From: a bacterium
GTDB lineage: Bacteria; Hinthialibacterota; Hinthialibacteria; Hinthialibacterales; Hinthialibacteraceae
DNA: 40,079 nucleotides
Direction of reading: 5' to 3'
NCBI GenBank assembly: GCA_041946805.1
Contig: JBHGBC010000043.1
Span: 1-40,079 of the forward strand
The notes under the pieces are model-generated. The model was given only the letters and a program-made list of their open reading frames with translations, was not told the DNA's origin and made no database searches. How positions within the stretch are numbered: the first letter of the stretch is position 1; each line of letters begins with the position of its first letter. Positions 1 through 9,812 of the stretch are shown one piece after another. The position numbers and the translations under genes were made by a program.

Positions 1-2
1 CC

Positions 3-2867
3 GGCTTGCAGTACGGCCGCGCCATTGGCGGCGGCGTTGACCCATCCGCCGAGTTCCAGATCGGTGATCGGATCGGTATCGGGATCAAAGCCCAATTGCG
101 TGATGGTCTGGCCGTTGGTATTGGCGATCAGCAGGCCGGTATCCGGCGTCAGGTTGCGGCCGTCCACCACCGTGTTCCAGGGCGAACCCAATGAAGCCGG
201 GGTGACAAAGTTCACCTTGGGAGACAGGTTGTCCACAATGAGATTATTGGAGTTGGCCGCGGTCGAGGGGGTGCGGGCCGTATCGGTCATCACCACCTGG
301 AGCTGCTCGCGGCTGTCCGTGGTCCCTGGATCCAATGTTCCGGGGATACCGGCCAAGTCGGCGAACGTGGCATAGCCAATCATGCCGCCCACGCCGTCCG
401 GTATCACGGTGGCGTCCACGATATCCCAATGCCCCACCGGCTTGTTCACGCCTTCACCGAAGGACGTGTAGCCCAGGTCGGCGTTCGTGATGCTGAAGGT
501 GAAGCGGTTCCTCACCAGATCCACACCCACGGACTTTCCGGGCACCACGCTGTCGTCATCCTCCGCGGCGCGCGGGTTGGCCGGGTCGACCGGGCGGAAT
601 TGGACCACCAGGCGGACCGGGCTGCCGTTGTAGTTGTTGTACCCATCGCTGTACGCGGCGGTTCCGCGATACATCCGCCGCTGCACTTCCAGCGGATCGG
701 TGTTCAGGGCCACGTTTTCAAACGTTTTGCGCAACAAGCCGAAGATGCTCTGGCCGGTGTCGCTGAAACTATCGATTCCACTCCAATAGCCCACCGGCAT
801 CGCCGCGGCATAGAAGTCCGCGCTCACGATCACCGGCGGAATGTTGTCGGCGACCACCGTCGATTTCTTCAGTTCGTTCGCCGCCACCGGCACGCCATCC
901 ACTGGGTTGAATTTGACCGCGTAACGGTTCAAGGTGGTATCCAGCAACGGAGAGCCGCCGGAGCCCGACGGGCTGGTGAAGATCATCGCCGGGTTGCGGG
1001 CGTCGTCACTGACGCTCATGACCACGCCGGCGGACCGCACCGAGAAGCTGGTGTTGTTTTGCAGGCGGATGGTCACTTGCGCACCCAGGATATTCGGGTT
1101 GTTGCTGGGAATTGTGCTGATCAAAGTTTCCTCGAAATTGGCGGAAATCGGCACGCCCGAGGAAGGCACGGCGCTCAGGGGCACCGGCACGTTATACGTG
1201 GGGGCCGGATCGAACCAGCGTTCCGGATGCGTCACCGGATCGTACCGGGTCAATCCATCCTGGCTTAGCCAGGTCTGGTCGACAGTGATGTTCATCCAGC
1301 GCTGGAGATTCGTGAGATTGGTCCGCTCGCCGTTGCCGTCCACCTGGAGGGTTACGATCGCCTGGTCCGCGCCCGCGGAAGCGGAGCTGATATGACCGTC
1401 GGCCACGCCGCCGATCTCGTTCTTCATCGACATGGCGGTAACCATGGGGGCCGCCGTGTCAACAAAGTGATGGGCAATCGTCGGCGTAACCGAATTGACT
1501 TCATCCACGATCGCCGAATCGAGGGAGAAGATCCGGAACGAACCCGAGGTAATCAGGCTGCTGGCCACCAATCCGGTGATGTCCACCTGCTTGGAGTCCA
1601 CGGGACCCGCGGCGCCGAGCAGTTGGAATTCGATCGTACCCGGATCGATGACATTCTGCAGGTCGTTGATCAAGTTCGTATCGAAGAGGATTTCCATCCC
1701 CGTGCTGCCGTCTTCGCCTTTACCATCGGCGGTCAGCGATGCGATTTCATCGGAACCGTTGGTGCCGAAGTATTCATTCGGCTCGCCGTCGAGGGTCCGG
1801 TTTTCCACGATTTGCAGACGAATCCGCACGCCGTCACCCCCGCGGAACTGGAATGGAATCTTGTCATTGGAGGGCGTGTCGGACAGGAAGATGCTCGGAT
1901 CAAGGATGGGAGCAGTCAACAGGCCCCACAAACTCTGACCGGTATAATCAACCGCCTCGACCACCTTGATACCCCAGCCTTCGCCCACTTCCGTGGATTG
2001 CGGTCGATAGCCATCGTCGCTAACCAGGAACTGCGGTTGCGAGCTTTGTCCGGTCTCCACGCCGACGAAGTTGGAACGTTGCTGGTGTTTCGCGAGAATG
2101 CCCTTATCAATCGCGATGGTCGCGCAGTAGCTCTGCCGCGCCACGCCCTTGCGGGCATCCGGGAAGTCGGTCGCGCCGACCACCAGATCCGGCGAGCTCC
2201 ACAGCACCAGGACCATCGAGGATTCCGCGTTGCTGCGGTCCCCCTCATCCGTGAACAGCACACTGCTGATGTCCACCACGGAGGTCACGTAGTTCGGATG
2301 CACGCCTGTATAGACGGAAGCGGGGGTGCTTTCCGTGAACAAACCCTTGGAGAAATCGGCGGTCACGGAAGCCAGGATGGCGTTGTTGGCCACGTCATCC
2401 GCGGGGATCGAGCCATCCCGCAACCCATCGATGAATTCCGTGGGCACGTTCTTGATGATCGAGATGAGTTGCAGCGGCTGGCCTTCGAAGGCGTTGCCGA
2501 GCAGGGGCCGAGACATCGCCCAGCGCGCCTGCGGATCCCGTTCCGAGCCGACCGTGAACAACTGCGCATTGTTGATGGTTCCCACCTGCGCGCTGTCCGT
2601 ATTGAAACGGCCGTCTATGAATCCGCCGTCCAACGTGGAGTAGCCCGACTCATCCGACGCCGCCAAAATCGATGAAGCGCTGATGACTTGCCATTCAGCC
2701 GCCTCCGCGTTGTTCCGGATTTCCAGATTCAAATCCAGGAACTCCAAGTCCGCGAGGTTCACGCTTTGAGCCAGCGCCGGCCCTACCCCACTAAACAAGA
2801 CGCAGGTGAGCACGAGCAACATGACTGACTTGATCCCCAACAGATTTCCGACGTTTGCTCTTCTCAT
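3..2867 (-). CDS. Large secreted surface/S-layer-like protein with probable bacterial Ig-like repeats (partial; continues beyond window start)
   Basis: I read the minus-strand frame triplet by triplet: no stop from ATG 2867 to the window edge (955 codons). Strong SD AAAAGGAGAG. Sec signal MRRANVGNLLGIKSVMLLVLTCVLFSGVGPALA|QS. Rich in D/T/S/G/V/N. Ig-boundary-like motifs VDTAAP, ADNIPP and VDNLSP. Absent from the ORF track. Confidence 0.88.
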   Translation of the reverse strand, partial: MRRANVGNLLGIKSVMLLVLTCVLFSGVGPALAQSVNLADLEFLDLNLEIRNNAEAAEWQVISASSILAASDESGYSTLDGGFIDGRFNTDSAQVGTINNAQLFTVGSERDPQARWAMSRPLLGNAFEGQPLQLISIIKNVPTEFIDGLRDGSIPADDVANNAILASVTADFSKGLFTESTPASVYTGVHPNYVTSVVDISSVLFTDEGDRSNAESSMVLVLWSSPDLVVGATDFPDARKGVARQSYCATIAIDKGILAKHQQRSNFVGVETGQSSQPQFLVSDDGYRPQSTEVGEGWGIKVVEAVDYTGQSLWGLLTAPILDPSIFLSDTPSNDKIPFQFRGGDGVRIRLQIVENRTLDGEPNEYFGTNGSDEIASLTADGKGEDGSTGMEILFDTNLINDLQNVIDPGTIEFQLLGAAGPVDSKQVDITGLVASSLITSGSFRIFSLDSAIVDEVNSVTPTIAHHFVDTAAPMVTAMSMKNEIGGVADGHISSASAGADQAIVTLQVDGNGERTNLTNLQRWMNITVDQTWLSQDGLTRYDPVTHPERWFDPAPTYNVPVPLSAVPSSGVPISANFEETLISTIPSNNPNILGAQVTIRLQNNTSFSVRSAGVVMSVSDDARNPAMIFTSPSGSGGSPLLDTTLNRYAVKFNPVDGVPVAANELKKSTVVADNIPPVIVSADFYAAAMPVGYWSGIDSFSDTGQSIFGLLRKTFENVALNTDPLEVQRRMYRGTAAYSDGYNNYNGSPVRLVVQFRPVDPANPRAAEDDDSVVPGKSVGVDLVRNRFTFSITNADLGYTSFGEGVNKPVGHWDIVDATVIPDGVGGMIGYATFADLAGIPGTLDPGTTDSREQLQVVMTDTARTPSTAANSNNLIVDNLSPKVNFVTPASLGSPWNTVVDGRNLTPDTGLLIANTNGQTITQLGFDPDTDPITDLELGGWVNAAANGAAVLQA

Positions 2868-3100
2868 GATCTCTCCTTTTGGTGCGTGATATTTATCGAT
2901 AATGTGCGGCCACATTCTCTTACCCGCTTGGATCATGGTCCCCTCCCTAATGCTCAGCGAAGGCGGCTTTGCTCGAGACAAACCATTCATATTCGACTTT
3001 CCTTTCCTTCCGATTCGCATGTAATACCATAACCACGGACACTTTTCAACCACAACATCGCATAAACTCAAAAAATACAAATAAACCAAGGATCTTGTTT

Positions 3101-3117
3101 AGCATACTACATGCCAA
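3101..3117 (-). promoter_or_regulatory. Candidate sigma54 (-24/-12) promoter for the large surface-protein gene
   Basis: Minus strand reads TTGGCATGTAGTATGCT: exact GG-N10-GC spacing and close to the consensus YTGGCACG-N4-TTGCW. Oriented toward ATG 2867. Confidence 0.55.
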
Positions 3118-3382
3118 CCAGATGCTCTCGGTAAATAACCGAACATATCTCTATGAATTTGAAGTGGTTACGCTTAGTCACCCACATTCCCGTTATCTCT
3201 AGCCTCACCCTCCGCATGGGACATTACCCCCAGACCCCGTGTTCCATCCACTCGCATAACAACATATTATTCAGAAGGTTACACGATATGTTCCGATTGT
3301 TCCACGGTTGGGGATCTTTTCCCTCCTCAGAGAGCGGTAATACCGACACGATCCCATCATCCTAACGTACTTAAACGCTGAA

Positions 3383-3411
3383 AATCTATCACGTTTTCAA
3401 AGGCGTGTCAA
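3383..3411 (-). promoter_or_regulatory. Candidate sigma70 promoter (extended -10, UP-like tract) for the large surface-protein gene
   Basis: Minus strand TTGACA-17 nt-TAGATT, with TGn before the -10 and an AT-rich tract (TTTTTTTAAATAAA) upstream of the -35. Confidence 0.65.
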
Positions 3412-3484
3412 TGCTTTATTTAAAAAAATCACAGCGTTATGTGTCCAGGCGGATTTCCCGTTTCCACCGGTTATTTATTTCCCC

Positions 3485-4729
3485 TTATATTTTATGGGGC
3501 GGCAAAAAGAACGCACTCGTCCAAAGTTTTTCCAATTCGTCCGGGTTCAGGTCCCCGTTCAGGGCGTCGATCAGGTTTTTATGGCTCAGAATCTTGGTAT
3601 TTTCGCGTGGCAGAAACACGGTTTCCGGGGGATACAACGCGTTTTCCGCTCCGCCGGACGGGATCCGCGCGGGAAGCCCTCCCAGTTTTTGCGCCAGGTT
3701 GTCCAGGGAGCCGCGCAGGAAGGCGATCCATTGCTCTCCCCGGGAAGGCTGTCCCGAGCCGATGGGCACGCCCGCGGCGATCACCTGGCAGGCCACGGTT
3801 TGCTTGTACGGCGTGGGCAGGGGCGTGACGAACAGAGAAGCCTGGATTTGCGGCGGCAACGCGTGAAAAACGGACAATTGGGCGATTGTCACGAAGGGTT
3901 CGTTGCGGACGAAGTCGGGCAGGTCATCAGCCTTGGGCACTTCCACCACACGGGCGTTGGGATCGTCCAGGATGAAGCGTTTCATGTTTTGCAACGCCCG
4001 CGCCAGGGTTTGGCGGTTGATTTCGGGCGTGACCTCATCCTCCAGGGGAATGGCATGCAAGAAGTCGCGGCCGTAGCCGAACGACAACTGATGCGCCGCC
4101 ACGCTGTCGGCGAGGCTGAAAGGATCCTGGATCAAAAAGACGAACACGGGCGTGCCGGCATAGCGGTGCGCGCGTTTGAAGAGAGTGCCGTCGAGCAGAA
4201 TCTCCTGCCATTCCGCGGGCGGCGACGCGTCGGCGGAATCCCGTTTTTTCGTCACCAGCACGTAGGGATCGATCACCAGGGGCTGCGCCCAATACGACGC
4301 GGGCGTGGCGCCGGCGTAGGCCATTTGAATCACGGAGGGGATATCCGGCGTTTCCTGGGATATTGGGTAGAAGGAATTGGGCTGGTTCCGGAACGCCGAA
4401 TTGAGATACGACGGAATGACGGCCACGTCCGTATCCGCCAGCCATTGGGCGGGATCCAGATTCTTCCCGTCTGGATTCACGGCCTTGGTGGCGCATTCGA
4501 CCACGGTTCCCGGATGGCTTTCCGCGAATTGTACGGCGAATTCTTGAAAAACCTCCAGCCGCATCTCGTTCCGGGGATCGAGCAGGCTGACCCGGATCTT
4601 CTCCGGCGGCGGGGTTTCCTCTTTTTTCTTGCCGCACGACGCCGCCACCATGAAGACCAACGCCAGCGCCAATCCCACGCGCGCCGCCAAAACCAGCGCC
4701 GCCGATCCTGTAGGGAAGATCTGCCTCAT
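3485..4729 (-). CDS. Extracellular solute-binding lipoprotein (ABC SBP family 1-like)
   Basis: Hydrophobic signal ending in the lipobox-like VAAS-C, then GKKKEE. SBP-like segments (FAESHPGTVVE, WAQPLVIDPYVLV, AAGVP...WIAFL). ATG 4729 follows GGAAAGGG. Confidence 0.7.
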   Translation of the reverse strand: MRQIFPTGSAALVLAARVGLALALVFMVAASCGKKKEETPPPEKIRVSLLDPRNEMRLEVFQEFAVQFAESHPGTVVECATKAVNPDGKNLDPAQWLADTDVAVIPSYLNSAFRNQPNSFYPISQETPDIPSVIQMAYAGATPASYWAQPLVIDPYVLVTKKRDSADASPPAEWQEILLDGTLFKRAHRYAGTPVFVFLIQDPFSLADSVAAHQLSFGYGRDFLHAIPLEDEVTPEINRQTLARALQNMKRFILDDPNARVVEVPKADDLPDFVRNEPFVTIAQLSVFHALPPQIQASLFVTPLPTPYKQTVACQVIAAGVPIGSGQPSRGEQWIAFLRGSLDNLAQKLGGLPARIPSGGAENALYPPETVFLPRENTKILSHKNLIDALNGDLNPDELEKLWTSAFFLPPHKI

Positions 4730-4901
4730 GTGCAATCCCTTTCCATTTCGTGATAATTCCCAACGCCACTCTACCGGCCACGGATGAAACGCGCACCGTC
4801 CACATCAACGATTAAACATCGTATCCTGTTATGGGAGAAGCGGTTCAAGCGCGGATTTTATTCCGCTCCTCCGTGGGGAACCGGCGGTTTCCGCGGGCAT
4901 T

Positions 4902-6056
4902 TCATTCATTTTCCCCCGAGGCGGCTTCCAGCGCGAAGGAATGCAGGAGGATGGAAGGACGGCCCGCGGCGGAGATCAGCGGATAAGCCCGGAGCAGCAG
5001 CCGGTTCGCCCCTTTGCGCAGCGGCAGGCGGACGGCATACGGCCGCGGCCGCGAACCGAGCAATGGAATATCCGCCGCTTCCCTCCGGTCTATCTGGATT
5101 TTCACTCCCGGCGGTGATGGTCCTTCCACCGTTCCCGAGAGTTCCAGCCGCGCCACGCACGGCCCGTCATCCGGCCGGAACAGATCGATCACCGCCGTGC
5201 CCAGGCCACGGGGTGTTTCCCCCCCCCGGGGCGGATAGAATTCCTCCAGCGCGATCGTCCCGGCATCGGAAATCACCGGTGTTCCGGCGGCCAAGGACTG
5301 ATACGCCCGGAGAAAGCGTTTTTCCGGTTGGTTTCGCCACGCCTCCTGAAACCAACGCCGGGCTTCCCCGGGATGATCGAGTCCCATCCAGGCCCGTCCC
5401 AATATAAAGGCGCCATGCGGGCAGGCTTCGGCAGGCAGCTGGATCAGGCCATTGCAATGCACGGGGGTGATTTGATCGTAATACCGCGCGAAATAATACC
5501 AATCCTCGCAGGCCGCGGCCGGTTGTCCCAAGGCCAGCCGGCAATATCCCCGGCCGTAGCGGGCCAGCAGGGAAATCAACGCGCTGCCCTTCTCGACCGC
5601 CGCGCTGTACGGATCCACGGCTTCCCCGTGGCGTTCCAGCCGTTCCAGGGCTTCCCCCAGGGCCAGATACGGCTGTCCCTCGGATGCGTCCGGCGCCAGT
5701 TGGGTGGCCTGGCGGTAGAGTTCCACTGCCTGGCCGAGGGAGGCGGGATCGCCCATCCGGCTGTAAGCGCCGCCCAGTTCCAATAGCCCTTGCGCGTACT
5801 GGCGGCGATGGCTTTCCTGACCGGTGAGATCATACAGTTGTTTGAAATAGGCCAAACCGCGTCGAAAGGAGGCGATGGCTTCGCGGTAATCCGACTGCCG
5901 GAGAAACTGCCGCCCGCGCTCGTAGGCGAAGGATGGATGATAATCCTCGGCCACCAGCATCAGGCGGGGATGATGCGATAAATAGTGGAATCCCGCTCCG
6001 GAGAGCAGGACCAACACGCACCAAACCATCAGCAGGCGCGGATGGAGACGCGGCAT
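4902..6056 (-). CDS. Membrane-anchored TPR-repeat protein with C-terminal beta-sandwich domain
   Basis: N-terminal TM segment, several TPR-like helical repeats (AYERGRQFLRQSDYREAIASFRRG; PYLALGEALERLERHGEAVDPY; ARYGRGYCRLALGQPAAACEDW) and SD GAGGA. Confidence 0.8.
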   Translation of the reverse strand: MPRLHPRLLMVWCVLVLLSGAGFHYLSHHPRLMLVAEDYHPSFAYERGRQFLRQSDYREAIASFRRGLAYFKQLYDLTGQESHRRQYAQGLLELGGAYSRMGDPASLGQAVELYRQATQLAPDASEGQPYLALGEALERLERHGEAVDPYSAAVEKGSALISLLARYGRGYCRLALGQPAAACEDWYYFARYYDQITPVHCNGLIQLPAEACPHGAFILGRAWMGLDHPGEARRWFQEAWRNQPEKRFLRAYQSLAAGTPVISDAGTIALEEFYPPRGGETPRGLGTAVIDLFRPDDGPCVARLELSGTVEGPSPPGVKIQIDRREAADIPLLGSRPRPYAVRLPLRKGANRLLLRAYPLISAAGRPSILLHSFALEAASGENE

Positions 6057-6266
6057 GCACGGAGTCCTCGCGATTTCGCTGGCGTTGGATCCTGAACGCC
6101 GTCCTGGGGAAGCGGAAACGAAAATACGCGGCGCGTTTCCCGCCAGCCCGGCGGCGCTCCCGGCATTTTGACCGGTTGGATAGGATCTTCAAGCATTGTA
6201 TGGTATGTGAATACGGATAAAAAGCATCCTGATCCCCTGGGATCAGGACCAATCAGGAGAGTGTTC

Positions 6267-8141
6267 ATGCGACGATCGTTCTATTGGATAATGTTGGTTT
6301 TTTCCGTGGGGGCCGTGGATTCGTCGAGGGGGGAAGAGCCCAATCCCGCGCCGGCGCCCATCCCCCGCTTGGAAACGTATATGATGGCTTCCCAGGTGGA
6401 TTCCCTTCTTTCCACCGCGGAAGGTCTCGAAAAAGCCTTGCAGACGTTCCAGGAAATCGGGATCACTAAAATCTATCTGGAAAGCCTGCGTTGCGGGTAC
6501 AAATCCAATCGGGATGTCCTGCAAAAAGCCCGCGATTTTTTCCAAACCAACAACATCGAGGTCTCCGGCGGGATCACCACCGCCGCCGGCGAGGGTTTTG
6601 GAGTGGCCTCCAACGAAACTCCCTTGTGGCTCAATTATCAGGATTCCAAAACCCTGGAAGACCTGGCGGAACACCTGGACAGCATCGCGCCGCTCTTCAA
6701 CGAAATCATGATCGATGACTTTCTGGCGACCGACGACACCTCGCCCGCCTCGGTGGAGGCCAGGGGCAACCGCTCCTGGTCCGAATACCGCATGCTGCTG
6801 ATGGACACGGTGGCCGTCCGCGCCATCCGCGCCCCCGCCCGGCTCCGCAATCCCGCCATCCGGTTCATCTTGAAATTCCCCCAATGGTACGACCGTTTCC
6901 ATCTTTTCGGATACGATGTGACCAGCGCCCCCCGGCTCTTCGAGCGGATCTGGGTGGGAACCGAAACCCGCAATCCGGACACACCGCGGTACGGATACGT
7001 GATGCCCACGGAGGGATATATCAATTTCCGGTGGCTTTCGACCCTGGGGAAGGGAAAAACCGCGGGCGCGTGGTACGATTTCGGCGATTGCACGCCCGAT
7101 CTGTACCGCATGCAGGCCTTCCAGTCGGTGCTGGCCGGGGCGCGCGAACTGGTGTTGTTCGAGGCGGGCAGCCTGATCGAAAAAAATCCCTGCCTGGAAG
7201 GACTGCTCCCCCGGCGCGACGCGCTGTACGCGCTGGGAGCGATCCTGGATGCGCGCGCTCCCGTGGGCATTCAGGCCTACAAACCGCCCCACAGCGACGG
7301 CAGCGATCCGGACGGCGCGGCCAATCTGTATGTGTATGACTACCTCGCCACCCTCGGCCTCGCGCCGCTGCCGGCCGCGCAGATCCCCGCGCGTCCCGCG
7401 TGCGTATTTCTGCCGCGCCAGGCCGCCGCGGATCCGGACATCCTCCCCCGGATCTCCACCCTGCTGGACGCGGGCGCGTCGGTCATTCTGACGCCGGACT
7501 TCCTGGCCCGTTTCAACGGCACGGACCTGCTCGTCAAGGCCGGATTCACGGAGCCCATCCGCCTCGATCAGCCGCCGGTGGAGATCCACCGCCTCTGGAC
7601 CGGCGGACAGGAATTTCCCTGCGAACCGGGCCAGATCCAGCTGCGGCCGGTTCCCACGCCCCGGCTGGCGAAAATTCTTTGCGCCGGCATCTCGGACAAC
7701 CGCCAGATTCCCATCCTCACCAAACAGCCTGCGGGGAAAGGCATTCTCTACGTGCTGAACCTGCAAACCTTCCAGCATGAAGAATTCGCCCCCGGCCGGG
7801 AGTTGTTCCTCGCCCCACGCCCTCTGACCCTGGGCAATTGGCCCGAGGCCATCGTCACGCGGATCCGGCACGAATTTTTGCCCTTGTTCGGCCTCGAGAT
7901 GGAAGGCCCCAATAACGTGGGGGTTTATCTGTACGATGACGGATTGGCCGTCCTGGCGAATTTCAACGCACAGCCGGTCCAATGCGTGCTGCGCGATTCA
8001 CGGAAGCCGGCGGCTGCGTTCCGGCTGGTGGACGGATTTCCCCACGCTCCGAAAACCAGCCTCGATAACCTGGCCAATTCCACCCTCGTGACTCTCGCGC
8101 CATGGGAACTGGTGGTGGTACAACGGGAGGCGGGTCATTGA
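6267..8141 (+). CDS. Secreted putative glycoside hydrolase-like (TIM-barrel) protein of uncharacterised family
   Basis: SD AGGAGA before ATG 6267 and a signal peptide. Barrel-like motifs EIMIDDFL, LKFPQWYD, IWVGTETRNP and GAWYD, followed by trimerisation-like and beta-sandwich-like C-terminal regions. Confidence 0.6.
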   Translation: MRRSFYWIMLVFSVGAVDSSRGEEPNPAPAPIPRLETYMMASQVDSLLSTAEGLEKALQTFQEIGITKIYLESLRCGYKSNRDVLQKARDFFQTNNIEVSGGITTAAGEGFGVASNETPLWLNYQDSKTLEDLAEHLDSIAPLFNEIMIDDFLATDDTSPASVEARGNRSWSEYRMLLMDTVAVRAIRAPARLRNPAIRFILKFPQWYDRFHLFGYDVTSAPRLFERIWVGTETRNPDTPRYGYVMPTEGYINFRWLSTLGKGKTAGAWYDFGDCTPDLYRMQAFQSVLAGARELVLFEAGSLIEKNPCLEGLLPRRDALYALGAILDARAPVGIQAYKPPHSDGSDPDGAANLYVYDYLATLGLAPLPAAQIPARPACVFLPRQAAADPDILPRISTLLDAGASVILTPDFLARFNGTDLLVKAGFTEPIRLDQPPVEIHRLWTGGQEFPCEPGQIQLRPVPTPRLAKILCAGISDNRQIPILTKQPAGKGILYVLNLQTFQHEEFAPGRELFLAPRPLTLGNWPEAIVTRIRHEFLPLFGLEMEGPNNVGVYLYDDGLAVLANFNAQPVQCVLRDSRKPAAAFRLVDGFPHAPKTSLDNLANSTLVTLAPWELVVVQREAGH

Positions 8142-8334
8142 TCCTCCGGCGCCTCCGGCGTTCGCACCCCTCATTTCGGGAGGCGCGACCGCTCTCCCTT
8201 CCGGCCGGGAGGAGAGATCCATTCCCCGTCCCCTCTCCTTCTACTAAATTATTAGGATTACGTTGCAGCCTGGGCGAGTTGGATCTGTCAATAGTCTGAA
8301 TGGTTTCGTACGCGGAGTTGGCAAGGCAGGTTCT

Positions 8335-9321
8335 TCACGCATTCTCGTTCTCGTACGTCAATAACACCTGGATGTAGGTTCCAGGATCGGACTGTATTTT
8401 CTTATACACGGACGGCGCTTGATCAAAGGGAATCCGATGAGAGATGATCGGCCAGACGATCACCCGTTTGGCGGCCAGGCTATGCTCGACCATGTCCAAC
8501 AGGCGCGGATCGTCCTCCCGCGGCTCCGGCAGCAGGAATTGCACGCTTCTCGCCGCGCATTGATCGCGGATGGATTGAATCACCGCCGGTTGGTACGAAA
8601 GGGCGGCCCCGGTGGAGAGGACGCCCCCCCGCTTCACGGCTCCGGCCGCCTCGCGCAGGGACGTCTCGCAACCGGACAGATCCAGCCCCACGTCGATTCC
8701 TGAATCCTGGCCAATGAAAGCCGTTCTCTCCCCAACCCATTCCTGTATCGAAACATAAACGGCCGCCGCGCCCAGACGCCGCGCCACCTCGAGCCGGGAA
8801 AGCAGCGGATCGACCGCGATGACGTCCCGCGCTCCGCTGCCCAGGACGTATTGCAGAGCCATCAGCCCCAGCGTCCCCATCCCCCAGATCGCGACCCGGT
8901 CCCCATAGCGGATTCCCGCTTGCCGGACACAGTTCAAGGCCACCACCCCCGCCCCCGTGAACACCGAAAATTCCGGCTTGATCCACTCCAACGGTTTCAG
9001 CCGGTTTTGCGCGCATACCTGGTAGTCGGCATGCAGCATGGGTCCGTAAACCCAATCACCCTCCGCAAAACGGCCGCCTTTCCCGCCCGCCGCGACTACT
9101 TTCCCCACGCTCCACGTCCACAACGGCAGAGGATACCGCGCCGAGGAGGCCGCCGGCCTTCCACCCGCCCACAGCGCATCCAATCCATGTTGTATTCGGG
9201 AATACCGGGTTTGCACACGGACCTCTCCCGCATCCAGCGGAGTATGCGGCGCCGTGCGGAATCCGTAACTCTCGGTGGAAAAAAGACACAACTCCCGAGG
9301 CATCGTTTCGCTCAGTCCCAT
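8335..9321 (-). CDS. Medium-chain dehydrogenase/reductase (zinc-binding ADH superfamily; Zn ligands not evident)
   Basis: GroES-like start (LDAGEVRVQTRYS, VGKVVAAG...FAEGDWV), Rossmann GDRVAIWGMGTLG, VIAVDP and C-terminal IISHRIPFDQA. Confidence 0.85.
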   Translation of the reverse strand: MGLSETMPRELCLFSTESYGFRTAPHTPLDAGEVRVQTRYSRIQHGLDALWAGGRPAASSARYPLPLWTWSVGKVVAAGGKGGRFAEGDWVYGPMLHADYQVCAQNRLKPLEWIKPEFSVFTGAGVVALNCVRQAGIRYGDRVAIWGMGTLGLMALQYVLGSGARDVIAVDPLLSRLEVARRLGAAAVYVSIQEWVGERTAFIGQDSGIDVGLDLSGCETSLREAAGAVKRGGVLSTGAALSYQPAVIQSIRDQCAARSVQFLLPEPREDDPRLLDMVEHSLAAKRVIVWPIISHRIPFDQAPSVYKKIQSDPGTYIQVLLTYENENA

Positions 9322-9461
9322 TCAGGAAAAATAGAATTGTGCGAGCAGTCAGGTGGTGGAGTTCCTGGTGGCAGGGGCATCATGCCACGGAATGAATCCG
9401 TGACAAGGGCATTATACCGTCGGGGTGGAATCGGGCGCGCAGGGATCAGCAGGTACAGGTA

Positions 9462-9812
9462 TTAAATATTAATATCCTGGACGCCATGGACCACGGCGCA
9501 GGCTTCGCCGACGGTCGGGTATATGGCGATGAACCGGTCTAGTCCCCATTCCCGGATCACCCGGATTACTTCCGGACTCGGGGCCGCCAGATGCAATGTT
9601 CCCTGCCGGCGGGTTTCCTCCTTCAGCACCGCGTACAGCAGACCCAGTCCGGCGCTGGTGATGAGATCCACTTCCGATAGGTCCACGACGATATGCCTGA
9701 CATCCTGCCGCACCAGGCCGGCCAGGGTTGTGTGCAAATCCTCCACGATCCCTGACACCATGGGTCCCAGAGGGCATACAACCGCGATGTTGTCGATGAA
9801 TTCCACGCGCAT
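9462..9812 (-). CDS. STAS-domain anti-sigma factor antagonist (RsbV/SpoIIAA-like)
   Basis: IVVDLSEVDLITSAGLGLL with the conserved phospho-acceptor Ser, GLDRFIAIYPTVGEA, SD GGGAGGA, 116 aa. Confidence 0.9.
   Translation of the reverse strand: MRVEFIDNIAVVCPLGPMVSGIVEDLHTTLAGLVRQDVRHIVVDLSEVDLITSAGLGLLYAVLKEETRRQGTLHLAAPSPEVIRVIREWGLDRFIAIYPTVGEACAVVHGVQDINI

Noticed and set aside
6..2675. Plus-strand ORFs 429-1268, 1392-2675 and others in the track
   Set aside because: They are antisense shadows of the real minus-strand surface-protein gene: R/H/G-rich, with no SD or recognisable motifs.
9462..9812. Orphan STAS gene as part of the defence island
   Set aside because: It has host-like composition, and stand-alone anti-anti-sigma genes are common. 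Nothing links it to the RM genes.
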